A stretch of 64,000 bases of DNA from Hyphochytrium catenoides (lineage: Eukaryota; Protista; Hyphochytriomycota). Below, piece after piece: positions 38,964-50,727 of the stretch. Within the stretch, counting starts at the first letter, position 1, and every line of letters starts with the position of its first letter. Below the pieces are notes generated by a model, which made no database searches, had not been told where the DNA came from, and was given only the letters and a program-made list of their open reading frames with translations. The DNA lies in assembly GCA_900088475.1 (NCBI GenBank), contig FLMG01001193.1, positions 1 through 64,000 of the forward strand. The letters are read 5' to 3'. The translations under genes and the position numbers were made by a program.

Positions 38964-41053
38964 TTATACCCCATCAATGACAGAGGAGGTAGCAACAGCT
39001 CATTTCTCGGTCGTTCTCGCTCTCTGTCTCCCCTTCCCCTCTGAATAGCAGCGGCTGGTCGTGTGCACGTCTTTATGGCGTTAGCAGGAAAGTCCCATGA
39101 TCCCTTTCATTTACTAGCGTCTTGGTGATGAGGTGACGCATGTCTTTCTGTATCTCTTCGTGCTGATTCAACCCTATTCCCTGCGTAGTTCCGGTTGCTC
39201 TTTCTCCTACTCTGTCTCCTGTATTTCTGGTCCCCTCTGGCCTACCTCCTCCCATCATCTCGCATCTCGGGACTTTTGACCTTTTCTCCCTTGTCATCAG
39301 CCTCGTTTGTGTCACAGGCGGATGGGATGACCACCTTGCCCTCTATTCAATGCCCAGGTTGTCACGCCTACCCACCCTCTAGTAGTTTTGGATGCGGTGG
39401 GTATTGCTAGGAATCTGTATTACTACTGATGAGAACCGCTCCAAGCCGTATTATCAGAATTAGGTTGCTATATCCTGAATAGGCCCTGGAGGTAAAGGTA
39501 ATATCCGAAATGATGAGACTTGAGGAGAGTTTCAGTGGGTTCCCCATGTCCAAGGTCTACAGCTGGCGTGACTCGGGTACGACGAGAAAGTTGAGGCTAC
39601 AATAATACGCCTTCCGGCAATAACGAGTCTACGTTAATCCTATTACAACGAGGCGTAGTAAGCTCTCCACAAGATAAGTGAGGTTGCCCCACCCATCCTC
39701 CTAAAGCAACGGATCAAAGCCTAAACCTGTATCTTCTTGACCTTCGTATTACTAATCCACACTTTATTAGGAAAGAGTGTGGATCTCCGTATATCATCGC
39801 CTACCTATCACTATTCTGAGTGGTCTCTAACGGTCAGGAGATTCAGATGACAGGGAAAGACCTAGAAATCCCATTCTGGTGTGAATCCGTCATAGACAGA
39901 CATCCTCCAACTATAAGACTACGACTACATCTACTTGGAAGTCGTGTTCCTGACTCTGTCTTCAAGAATATTCACTCAGTGATGCTGTAGAACAACGATA
40001 CTGCAAAGAGAGCCGATGAGGTCCAAGTAGGAAAGCTTCATTTTGCATGTTGCTGCAGACTGAACTCTCCGGCTTCTTCTGCCTTTTCTCTTCCCATTCA
40101 GATCACACCTCTCTGCTCCCTCCCTCCCTCTCCGGTCTTCCATGCTTTCCCCGTTTTCCCCCCCATCTTTGCCACTCATCATCATCAACCCTCATCACCC
40201 CCGCAACAGCAGTTCTTCTCATGATTAGTCCTTCTCAATCCTAGGCCGCACAGTATTTCACGCCTAGGACTATCCCAGTTCTGTGGCCTCTGACACCCAA
40301 AGCTTATCCATTGCAGGTGCAGACATCTTTGGTTTCTGATGTGGCTGTATCTCGAACTACAAAAACGCGTACGACGGGATCTTGATCTTGATGATGTGCA
40401 GCGACGAAAGACAGTAGTTGTAGAACTATAGGAATGATCTACTTGTTAGAGACGGGAACTGGGCTTCCCTTTCTATTTCTTGGGATGACAGGTTTGGACA
40501 CAACCCAACAGAACTTCAGCTAAAAGAGGCCTTCCGCCCTCAAACTGCAAGAAAAATTGTTAGGCAAGTTCTTACAGCGGAAGGCCCTCGTACCGACGGC
40601 AGTATCAGGGGAGTATCGGGGGGAGGAGGAGAGGGATAACAAAGATTGGATTGTGCAAAGGACGACGCGGCAAGCCTCCTTTGTCTGGAAAGAAGCTTGG
40701 CTGTCCATGAAACTTGAGCTTCCAGAACTGCTGATCTCTCACGCTGTTGTCATATTGACCGGGGCTCGGTGATCAATGCCTGCTTACAGAATGAAGCCGC
40801 TGCTGCTAAGGGCTTAACGGGACACCCTGCGAGTGTCTTTGAGCTAGAAAAAAGTGGCTGAACTCGTAACGATCATACGCTGCTTCCTAGTCTTTGAAGT
40901 ACACGTGTGATAACATCATTATTTGATCGTAGGCTGCTCTGGCAGATAATGTTGAAAATGCAGCTCAACGCAGAGAGCGTGACCTGGAGATCCTTATATC
41001 TCTAATAACATGGGGCAGAGCATAACCCTTTCATGAAATAGCAGCTTCCCCTC

Positions 41054-43627
41054 CTACTCGTCATCATTTTTTACCTTGGACGAGGAAGAAAAAGAGCCAG
41101 CCTTTGACCTCAACGCGTTCAGAATAGCATCGGCACCAGCAGGTGAGGAACCATCGCTTGTTGCTTGGTGGACAGCTTTGATTGTAGGCTTCCCAAGACT
41201 GAAGGAGCTGCTTTTGCGCTTGCCTCTGCGCGATCTGTCAATAGAGTGTGCGACAGTAGTCGATGATGTGACTACGGTCCGGATAGAATGACTTGAAGTG
41301 AAGTCTTTCTTGACGCTCACAATGTCAGTGCCCATGATCTGCATTGTCTTTGTAGTGATCTTGGCACTGGCTGGCAGCATAGACCTGGCTTGGTCCTCCA
41401 GCTTCTCGTCTCCAAGAATAGTAAGTGCCTTCATGGTTGGAATGGCCGAGAGCTGTTGCTGTGACTCTCTTGCTTCTTTACTATGCAGTATGCGGATCAG
41501 CTCGTCCTGCTCTGCCTTTTTCTGTTGCTCTTCAGCCTTCTTAAGCGCTGCTAGCTGCTCTCCCGTCATTGCATCACCCATCACCTTCCTGGTTTTCTCA
41601 TTGACAACGGCCTCCCCCAATATTGCCGTGATCTTAGTCGTATTCTGAGTGTGGGTGTCCGGAACCGCTTTGCGAACCATGTCGAGGAGCGAGTCGTCTC
41701 CCAGCATGTCAATGGCTTTCATATATTTGGCTAATTCAGCCGCACTGTGGTTCAAGGAGCCATTCCGACCGCGAGATGGAATTGAGGTGGTGGAAAGGGA
41801 TCTTCCAGTTATGTCTGGAGGCTTGATCGCTGTTTCCGAGGTCTTTGTTGGACCCATCAGGCCCTCAAGTTGATCTCTAATAGCTTCCTGGGTGGCTGCA
41901 GCCAACTGGTCAGCGCTGACCTGTGCCCCGAACAGGCTCTGGAGCTTGATACTAAAACGCTGAAGTTCACTTTTCCTTTTTTCTCTCGGCGAAGGAGGAG
42001 CAGGTGTGTTTAGGGTATTGGGGGACACGGGCTCAACAGACGCCGCTGTAGATGGGGGACTGGCAGCTAATGAAGGTGGACAAGAAACTTGGTCACATGG
42101 AGCACTAGGATGCCACAGCTAGTCGGAGATCTTACCTCCAGGAGTTCCGCTTGACACCTCTTCCTTCTGTGTGGTGACTATCCGCTCCACAGTCTCACTG
42201 GTCTGCATTGACACAGAGGCTACGCCAGAGCTGGAGGAGGCATGCATGGTTGCTTGCCGACGCTCCTTCATGAGCTCCTCATCGACAATCATTAGCTTAG
42301 CCGCGCTGATATCTGCTCCGAACATGTTCCTCAGCTTGCTACTCAGCACTTCCGCCGTACCCAAGCGATCCAGCACCTTTGGATTAATCTGGGCATTCTC
42401 TGGAACCATCTTCTTGACAGCCTCAGCATACTCCTCTCCCATCAACGAGACCATCTTCGATCCTGATTCGCCCTTTAGTGATGTGCGGGGCAGTAATCTC
42501 TTTCTCACCGCGACGTTTTTCGATGGACTTTCCAAGATTGCCTTCCACATAGGCTCCAAAGCATCGGTGGGCAGATGGAAGGATGCCTCAAACGTCTCAA
42601 GAAAGGCCTTCCTCTCATCTAATGATGGATGATGTTTTTTCAACGTAGTAATGCTGTGGTCAAAAGCCTACATTGAACACACCGAGAGTTGTACCATTAG
42701 CGATTGCTGGGGAAAGGAGGGGCGGAGAAGGCAGAGCGAGTTGAGAAAATAGGTAGCAACTAGTAGCTAAGGCGTACAGGTCATACAAGATTGAGAGTAG
42801 GCGCCTACCGCTCATGGTAAGTAGAGGAAGAGGTCGTGCAGCTTGCTTACCTCAACCATACTGCCGAAGATGAAGTTTATATCATCCTGAGATAGCTCCG
42901 CTTCGTCCGTTCTCTTATCGCAGGATGATTGAGGGCTTCTGGCCTTAAGAGCCCCTGGGTTCCCACCGGTTACAAACGGCTGAGACTCATGATCCCGTTG
43001 TTGGACACTGTTGGTGGAAGGAGAGCTTGGCTGAGGATGCGCCTGAGAGGCTGCTGACTCGTTAGCGCCTGTGGCGCGCCTGGTCGTCGGACTTTCACCA
43101 TCAATGGGGTCCAAACTCAATGATGGTCCATTGACTGCAAAACTCTTACGGTCAGACTGATTGTGTTCTTCCTTCTTGTCAGGTTCCATAGTAGTTGTGC
43201 CGGACTTGTCCGGTAGAGACAAGCTTTGTTCCCCACCGGAGCCTGAGACCGCTAAGCTTACTGCCAATGGCAGCCCGCTAGTCCTTAATGAAGAGGTCTG
43301 TGATGCTGGCTTCGCTTGTTCCACCAAATCAGCCGTGACCGGTGGTGAAGGCATTGAAGCGATTGGACCATCATCTCCTAGTGAAGACGGCGCAGCTTTC
43401 TTGGTGGCGTTCTGAGGCGATGGAGATTTTGTCCAGATTTTAAAGGGACTGAAACCACCCTCATTGCCCTTCTGGCCCTTGTCATTAGCCTTTTTGTCAA
43501 AAGATCGGCTCTTAAGAGTGATCTTTCCTGGGCTGCTGGCCTGTCCTCCAGGATGTCTATTAGCAGACTCGCTGGTAGTCCGCTGGTCCACTCCCACTCG
43601 GGTCAAGCTACTTTCCTGCGCGCCCAT
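41054..43627 (-). CDS. uncharacterised repeat protein, paralogue A (3 exons; MGAQES N-myristoylation motif)
   Basis: Long ORFs 42812-43627, 42119-42643 and 41054-42028 joined by GT-AG introns. K-x4-[LM]G repeats. Clearly homologous to the gene at 45517-47626. Confidence 0.8.
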
Positions 43628-45516
43628 CTCGTTCTAGGTATAGAACAGCCAGGAATATATGTTCCCTGTAACCTCAAGGTGAGGGCGTCTTGGCTCTTGT
43701 GTTATATCATAGCATCTTTTGCCTGGGGCAGACTTCACAAGGGCATGGAGGTACTTCTCTGCTGCAGTCCCTCCTGTAGGTAAACTGCACCGTCTCAACC
43801 AAGCTTCGCCCAACAGGCGGAACTCTTATCTTAACCCTTGCCGTGTCGTTGTTGCTCTATGCTATTACTTTTGACCCTGAAAGGTGTGAGGCTCAGCCGA
43901 TGACCAGGCTAACTGTTCTTAGGACCGACAGATCAACATGCAGCAGAGCACTGACTAAACTCTTACCGGTCAAGAGGGACTCCTAAGAGAAGAAGAGCAT
44001 TGGAGACTGTAAGAGGAGCATGGTGAGCAGAGCAGAAGCGCCTTGGACGACGACAGAGCTGGAAGACGTGGTGGAAGGAGAAATGCCACTTATATTAACT
44101 GGTTCAATTTACTCTGAGCAAAAAGGTCAAGCGGCCAATAAATCGAACTAAATGAGACAGGACAGCGAGACAGAGTAGGACTAAGATAGAGCAGCCTATC
44201 GACCAGTAGTAGATAGATAGGAATAGCTCCTGAGCAAGAGCCTGGCACAAACTGGGGCCTTTGTATCTGCGGAAAAAGGTGAGAGGAGGGAGGCAGAGGA
44301 GGAGAATGACAGAGGTGAACACCGCCACCTACGCAACCGTGGAGACTGGATTAGGGAGGGTAGAATACGGAGGGACGCAAGAAAGAGTGTCGAAGGTACA
44401 GAGGAGAACACACGTAACACGAAAGTGAGAGACAGAAGAGAAGGAAAGCAGGTGATGTGTGCTAGCCGAGACTAGGTCAGAGAGCACATAATAAGGCAAG
44501 GCCCACAGAACCTCGAGCAGCAGACAAGGCAAGGCATAGGAACGCGAGAGCGTAGACGCTGTTGCCCTTCCTCTCCACCAGACTACAGGGACTAAACTTG
44601 GGGTGAAGGAGATGAGCGAAGTGCCCTTGGGGCCTGGCCCTGGTGCCTCAATGACCGCTGGTGTTGGGCTGGTGAAGCGGACTACTACAAGGGACAGACA
44701 GAAAGTGAGTGCACTTCAGAAACGCGAAACTCCCACATGCCCCATCTGACCCCTATAGGGGTATTCTCTCTTAATAAGACTACATAATAAGGGCCGTTAC
44801 AGTTTTATTGAACCTAATAGAGAGGTTAGGCCGTCTGGAAGAGGAAGGCCGTCTTGGCTGGGCGACTCGGCGGCTCCATCAGGGACCAGGAGGAGGCAGG
44901 ACAGAGGAAGCGGAGGAGGAGAAGACAGACAGACAGGAGGTTGAGAAGAGAAAGGAACCAGCGGACTTACCGTGAGGCTAAGAGAACAGAAGGCAGGACG
45001 GCTGGAGTCTCAGTAGCATCTCTGAATGCCGTCGGTTAGCATCCCTGCTGCTCTCAAGCGATAGCACCTCGAGCAGGACCACCAGTAGACGCTTGAACAT
45101 GCCTACTACTTTCAGCTTCTTGGTGATAGATAACATAATAGGAGTTCTGGCAGTTGGGATACCTATAAGTGCAGGGCCAAGACCAGGAGCATAATGAAGC
45201 CGGGTAGCAAACAGGACGGTGCTCTCTTCCTGGCCACCTCGCCATTTGGTCCTAAGCTAGACATCAGAAGCCAAGGCCAATGATGTTCGCAACGTGCAAT
45301 TCACAAGGCGCCGACCTGATATTGATGGATATAATTCTAACCCTTATCATGTTAGAGCTACGTTTTGTTACTCTCGTTCCTCATAAGCGCTTCAACTCAT
45401 TTGCGTCATCGCTGCTCCACCACCTCGTCGAATAAAGTCTCACAAGACTTCCGCTCCGCCACCACAAAGACCCAACTCGGGCCATCAATGACGCCTAAGT
45501 ACGAGAGGGTACCCAC

Positions 45517-47626
45517 TTAGCGAGTGAAGTCTCGCGGCATCTTAACGATGTCAGCGCCCATCAGCTGTAGCGTCTTCTGCGTGAGCTTTGCGGATGCGGG
45601 GACGATCACTCTGGCTTGTTCTTCCAGCTTTGAGTCTCCGAGCAGAGAGATTACTTTTGGATTAGGCGTTGTGCTGAGCTGCTGCTGTGACTCTCTTGCC
45701 TCTTTGCTTTGAAGTATCTTCTCCAATTCGTCCTGCTCCATCTTCCTCAGAGCGTCCTCTACCATGGACATAGACTTCCGTTGTCTCGTCGACATCCCTT
45801 CACCTAATACCTTACGGGTCTTCGCATTCACCACCGCCTCACCCAAGACAGCCGTGACCTTTGGAGCGTTCATTGCCCCTGGGTTCACCGGAACAGCCAG
45901 CTGGACTCTCTGGAGCAGAGCTTCGTCACCCAACATCTCGACGGCCTTGAAATGTCTGTTGTCGATGATGCTTGTCCCAGTCGTTAGCTGTTCGTCTGTG
46001 GGTTTAGCGTTCAGAACCCGCTCCATTTCTTTTTTTGCCTCCTTCTCCTTTGCTTCCCGCTCCTTGGCCTCTTCTTGTCGAGCATGAGCAATCTGCTCGG
46101 GCGTCATAGCATCACCCAACACCTTCATGGTCTTCTCGCTTACCACCGCCTCACCAAGTATAGAGGCTACTTTCTTTGAGTTCTGATTGCGAGAGCCTGG
46201 AGGGATGCTTTTCCTCAGGGTGTCAATGAGGAAGTCATCCCCTAGAATCTCAACTGCCTTTGCATCTTTCCACTTCACAGGTGTCGCCCTAGTGTTCCGG
46301 TCAGGACTATCAGCTTCACTAGAGCCTTGCTGAGGACTGGCTGGTGGGCTTAGGTCATCCGTCTCATCTAGCATGACAGAGAGCTCGGGGACTATCGCAT
46401 CTCGTGCGGCGGCTAGGTTGCCTCCTGTTATCTTACTGCCAAATAGCGTTTGAAGCTTCACACTGAAAAGGTCGAATTCGGGCAGATGCAGTGTTGTGAG
46501 AGTGGAACCGAGACTTTCCGAAGCGGTTCCTTCGGCAGAGAGCGCTAGGTAAAAACGTTGGATTAGTATGATAGAGTCTTCGCCACATTATCATTATATG
46601 AGTTTTGTTACCTGAAGGTGAAGGAGGCGAGCGTGTTACATTCCTTTCCTTCACATACTCCTCGTTCGCAAGAAGCAACATTGCCGGAGTGATGGCTTCT
46701 CCAAACATTTGCTTCAGCTTTGTACTGAGGATTTCAGCGGTACCCAAGCGATCTAGGGCTTTGCGATTGACCTGGGCACCAGGTGGCACAGTTCTTCGAA
46801 TGGTCTCCGCATATTCTTCTCCAAGCATTGCTATCATCTTCGAGTCAGTGATACTGCCCCTTGGCTTCATGGCTGGAGTTAGCCGAATGCCTGTTTTCCC
46901 ATGTAGACTACTGGGAGTGGATGTCCACACTTTATCTAAAAGCTGTCGTGGGGCATCAATACTCTGCTCGAACACCGCATAAAAAGCCTCTTTCTCGCTG
47001 AGACTTGGGTGCTCTTGCTTCAATTTGCTGATGCTCTCTTCAAAAGCCTGGCACAGAAGCTCTCAGGACAGGTTGACGCGTAGAGGCTTTTCGAGCGAAT
47101 CCAAGACGAAGATGAAAGACAAACCGGAGTGCCTGATTAGATGACAGCACCTACCAGGACAACGCTAGAAAAGATGATCTCGACCTCTCGTTGTGTCAGG
47201 GTATAGCCAGCGGGCCCCTGCTCAGCCTGTGGTACTAGTGGTAGCGTTATAGTATGCCCGAATGGAAGTCTGAAATAAGCTACGAAAGTCGTACGTAGAT
47301 GGGAGCTAACCTTTAGGGAGAAGCGGTGAGACGGAAATAGCATGTTGCTCTGGCGTAGCAGCAGCCACGGTAGGGTTCTCTTTATCAGGCGCTGCATCCC
47401 GCGAAAGGCCTGCTTCAGTGATAGCGTTGTTCGAAGCGCTGGAGTGCGCCTTGTCGCTTGGTCTTTGTCCTGACAAATGTATTAGACTTCTGAAGGGCGA
47501 CAGCGTGAAAATGTTCAAAAGGAAGCATATCAACTAACCGGTGGTCGCTTGCTCTACTACGAGACCAGATTGGCCAGGATTACTCCCATCAGTCACATTG
47601 GCGCTCCGGCTCGTTTTGGCGCCCAT
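45517..47626 (-). CDS. uncharacterised repeat protein, paralogue B (about 5 exons; MGAKTS N-myristoylation motif)
   Basis: ATG at 47626. Shares HPSL.E..AF, K.LDRLGTAE.LS.KL..MFG, KLQ.LFG and SKEARESQQQLS with paralogue A. Confidence 0.8.
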
Positions 47627-48894
47627 AGCTCTTCTTTTCTACCTTTCAAAGAAGATTCTCTGGAATTCTATCGAGGAGCACCGTGATTTAAGCTGCCTAA
47701 CTAACTGCCTTATGTGGGGCTCTACTATTGTTGTGAGGGTATGGTACTCCTGTAAAGGAAGAGTGCGCCCTTCTGGGAGCCAGGCTCGTGCTTATCTGTC
47801 CGAGAGTCTATGCAGTTTTCTTGATTGCTACGCAATTGGTTGGGCTTGCAAGCTGGAGCTGTCGCCACGAGAACACCATGCACCCATTCTTGCGCACTTC
47901 CTTACCTCCAGCAGCTCCTCGTGAGAGATGATGCTCGTGGCCGAGTTGGTTGAATAGGTCCAGGGTATACAGGCCAGGCTCGCCCCAGTAGCCTACACAT
48001 ACAGGGATAACATTGAGCGTTTACACTCTGGGTCAAGCGCAGAGAATGGGGTTAGGGGAAGGACGGTGCTCTGTCCCAGGGAGGAGCTGACCCAGAAGTG
48101 GTAAAACAGTAGTGTGCGGTGAAGATAGGATCCGTCCGTTACAGGAATCCCATTTTGGGGAAAAACCCGAAAATACAACCTCTCCGTCTAACCCTCTATC
48201 CTCTAACTAAAGTGAGACCAGCACGAAGATAAGTCCAGTCGATCGTCATGATCCATAGAGGAGCGGTTATTATAATGTCTGCGCCAGCAAAGCCGGGCCT
48301 TGCTTTCCTCTCCTTTCCATTGTCGGGCTATGCTTCCATCCTTCTTTCGACGCCCTACAAACAGTCAAGCGGGATCTAGAGAGTAGAATGCATCAATAGT
48401 GTGCTATTGGAGAGAAGAAAGAGGTCTCAAGGCCCAAGCAGATTGCACTAAACAAGACTGCGCCTTCCTTGTGACTTATGACAGCGTTCTCTTGGATAAT
48501 TGAGCAGGGCGTGGTCACCCTGAGGTCGGAGTCATACCATCCTTGCCGCAGGCAAGAGACGCACGTCGACATTAGGTCATGATAGGTCAAGAAGTTAAGG
48601 AGGAGAATATGGATTTACGCCAAGAAGAAGTGAGCCTCTGGTATTAGAAAGTTAAGAGGCTGCACCGCGAATCTTTCTTCTTTTCCTAGCTATACAGGTT
48701 TGTCTCTTGCTCAGGATCCTCGGATTACCCTTGCGCTCTGCTACCCATTAATGCCCAATGACCACAGCTTGTCCTAACCTTGACGCCACCAAAGACATTA
48801 TCCCAGAGCACTATCTCATTACAAGCGCTTACCCTATCTCACTTCATTGAATAGAGCAAAAGCTGCCCTCTTTTTCTCTCTCTCCGGAGGATAG

Positions 48895-49804
48895 TCATAA
48901 GACCTTAGTCTCCTTTGAAGTATTAGCAGGTACCGCAGGAACGTATTGCACACTACACACAAAAATGGGTTGTTGGCTAGCGGTCACTCAATCAAATCGA
49001 AAGATCGTACCTGACTGAATTCACGCAGTGCCTTTCGTTAGTCGGTGTCATTCGCTCACCCTCAAATACTGTTCAACGGCGCTCAGTAAGAGGGGATGGG
49101 CCCTATTACAGCTATAAAGAGTTTATATGGTGGGCTTACCGTGGCCCAGATGACCGTCGCACGCAGCACACATTATCTCAACGCGCCTCATTCCAAAAGA
49201 ATTGTCCACTTCTATCTTTACCGCACCTTCATAACACTTATCAAAGGCCTGGGAACAATAGGAAGGGTGATCAATTTCTCATTGCTGGGTAAGCGCACAC
49301 CTGTTTATACGTACCGGCCACCCACAGCCGCTGTTGAACTTCGCCTCTGCAGAGTAGAGGGGCGTCTAATCAGGACGTGTTAGTTACGTAGCGGCTCTCG
49401 ATGCGGAATCTTCAAACGTACACGTGACAATAAGCGATCAAACGAAGCTATACCTTGCAAGCTCTGCATACAAAATGACCTTCCGTCGGGTAAAATTTGT
49501 CATACTCTCCAGTACCAGCGCGTTCAGTACCCTTCTGTCTAAGGATACGATATTCCTCTGCGCTTAGGGCCGCCTTCCAGTCTGCTTCGGTTTTTTCGAC
49601 ACGCTGGATGGACATGACTGCGGACGTGAGACTGAAGAGTCTAAGCGCTCCAAGGCCACTGCCAACAGGCTTTAAGTCGCCAAAGCAATCTGGGCACTGT
49701 TGTCCGCTAAATGCACTTCTGACAGACCTCTTGATTGGTGGAAATCTTGACTCGAGGCCTGCTAGAAGGAGAGGGCGAAGAGCGCGGTAAACGGGGCGGG
49801 CCAT
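48895..49804 (-). CDS. msrB: methionine-R-sulfoxide reductase B (Cys type, Zn-binding), 5 exons
   Basis: YRILRQKGTERAGTGEY, CRAC, KFNSGCGWPAF, RVEIMCAACDGHLGHVF, RHCVNS. Stop TGA at 48895-48897. Confidence 0.95.
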
Positions 49805-50727
49805 CCGATAAGCGTTGAAAGTAAGTACCAGGCGCTCTGACTTGTAAGTCTCGCCAGTAGAAGTGGTCTAGTGGCATTAGAAGAAGAGATAACATAGCAC
49901 CGCCGCTGTCATTCGCGGCCATCGAGGTCTCCAGACGCTCCTATAGATAGACTTTGGATCTAGAACGGAGCACTTCCCTCCCTTATTATCAGAACCTCCC
50001 AGCATCATCAGAACTTCCTGGAACAACGGAGATTTTTTCTGACATCACTGCCCTTCTATAAAATGCTTCAAGGACAAGGTTTTCCTCACCTTTCTACCAC
50101 CCAAAGCTGTGAAATACTGTTTAGAAACACGATCACATTTTCCTTGAATATGGAGAAAGAGCTACCTTGAAGACCCGGTAAAAACCGTGCCAGGGTTTCC
50201 TACTGTAAGATTCCTCCCGACATTACGATTTAGAACCGGATATTTGGCGAAGGGGTGAAGTTTGGTGAAAGGACGCGATCGGCGCACGTGACCTGAGCTC
50301 GCTCGCTCGCTGATGATTCTTTCCTCTTGTGACTCTTCAAGAGCCTCTTCGTCCTTGCCTCCTTGCCTTCCGAGTTCTGAGGGTCGGATGACCCTTGGTT
50401 TTAAACTCTAATGAACTCTGGACCCACAGCGCTACAATAGCAGTAGCTCTTGCTGTCAGCATCTCTTATCCTTAATAAGACTTCAGCGCTTTTTGCCTCA
50501 CCTTTCTGAATTGGGCTCGCTGGTCTTTCATTACCAGAGGTACGGGAGTCTAATGACACCTCAGGGTTCAACTCTCGAACGAATCAGTCTGTCCTGTATC
50601 TGAGCATTCGGCTCTTACTCTTTGAAGGCTTGGATCTGACCAAGACCTTTTAGGTCCATTGACTCAAGATTAGGGATCTCTCAAAAGCAGCACTACGTTG
50701 CGTCGTACAATTTATTCGTCTATCAAG

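Noticed and set aside
42812-42910. RhoGEF (DH)-like peptide LSQDDINFIFGSMVEVSKLHDLFL
   Set aside because: The second half reads through a GTAAG donor into an intron whose position is shared with paralogue B. No other DH or PH features are present.
48895-49804. MsrB as a selenoprotein
   Set aside because: The catalytic codon is TGC (RHCVNS), and there is no in-frame TGA after splicing.
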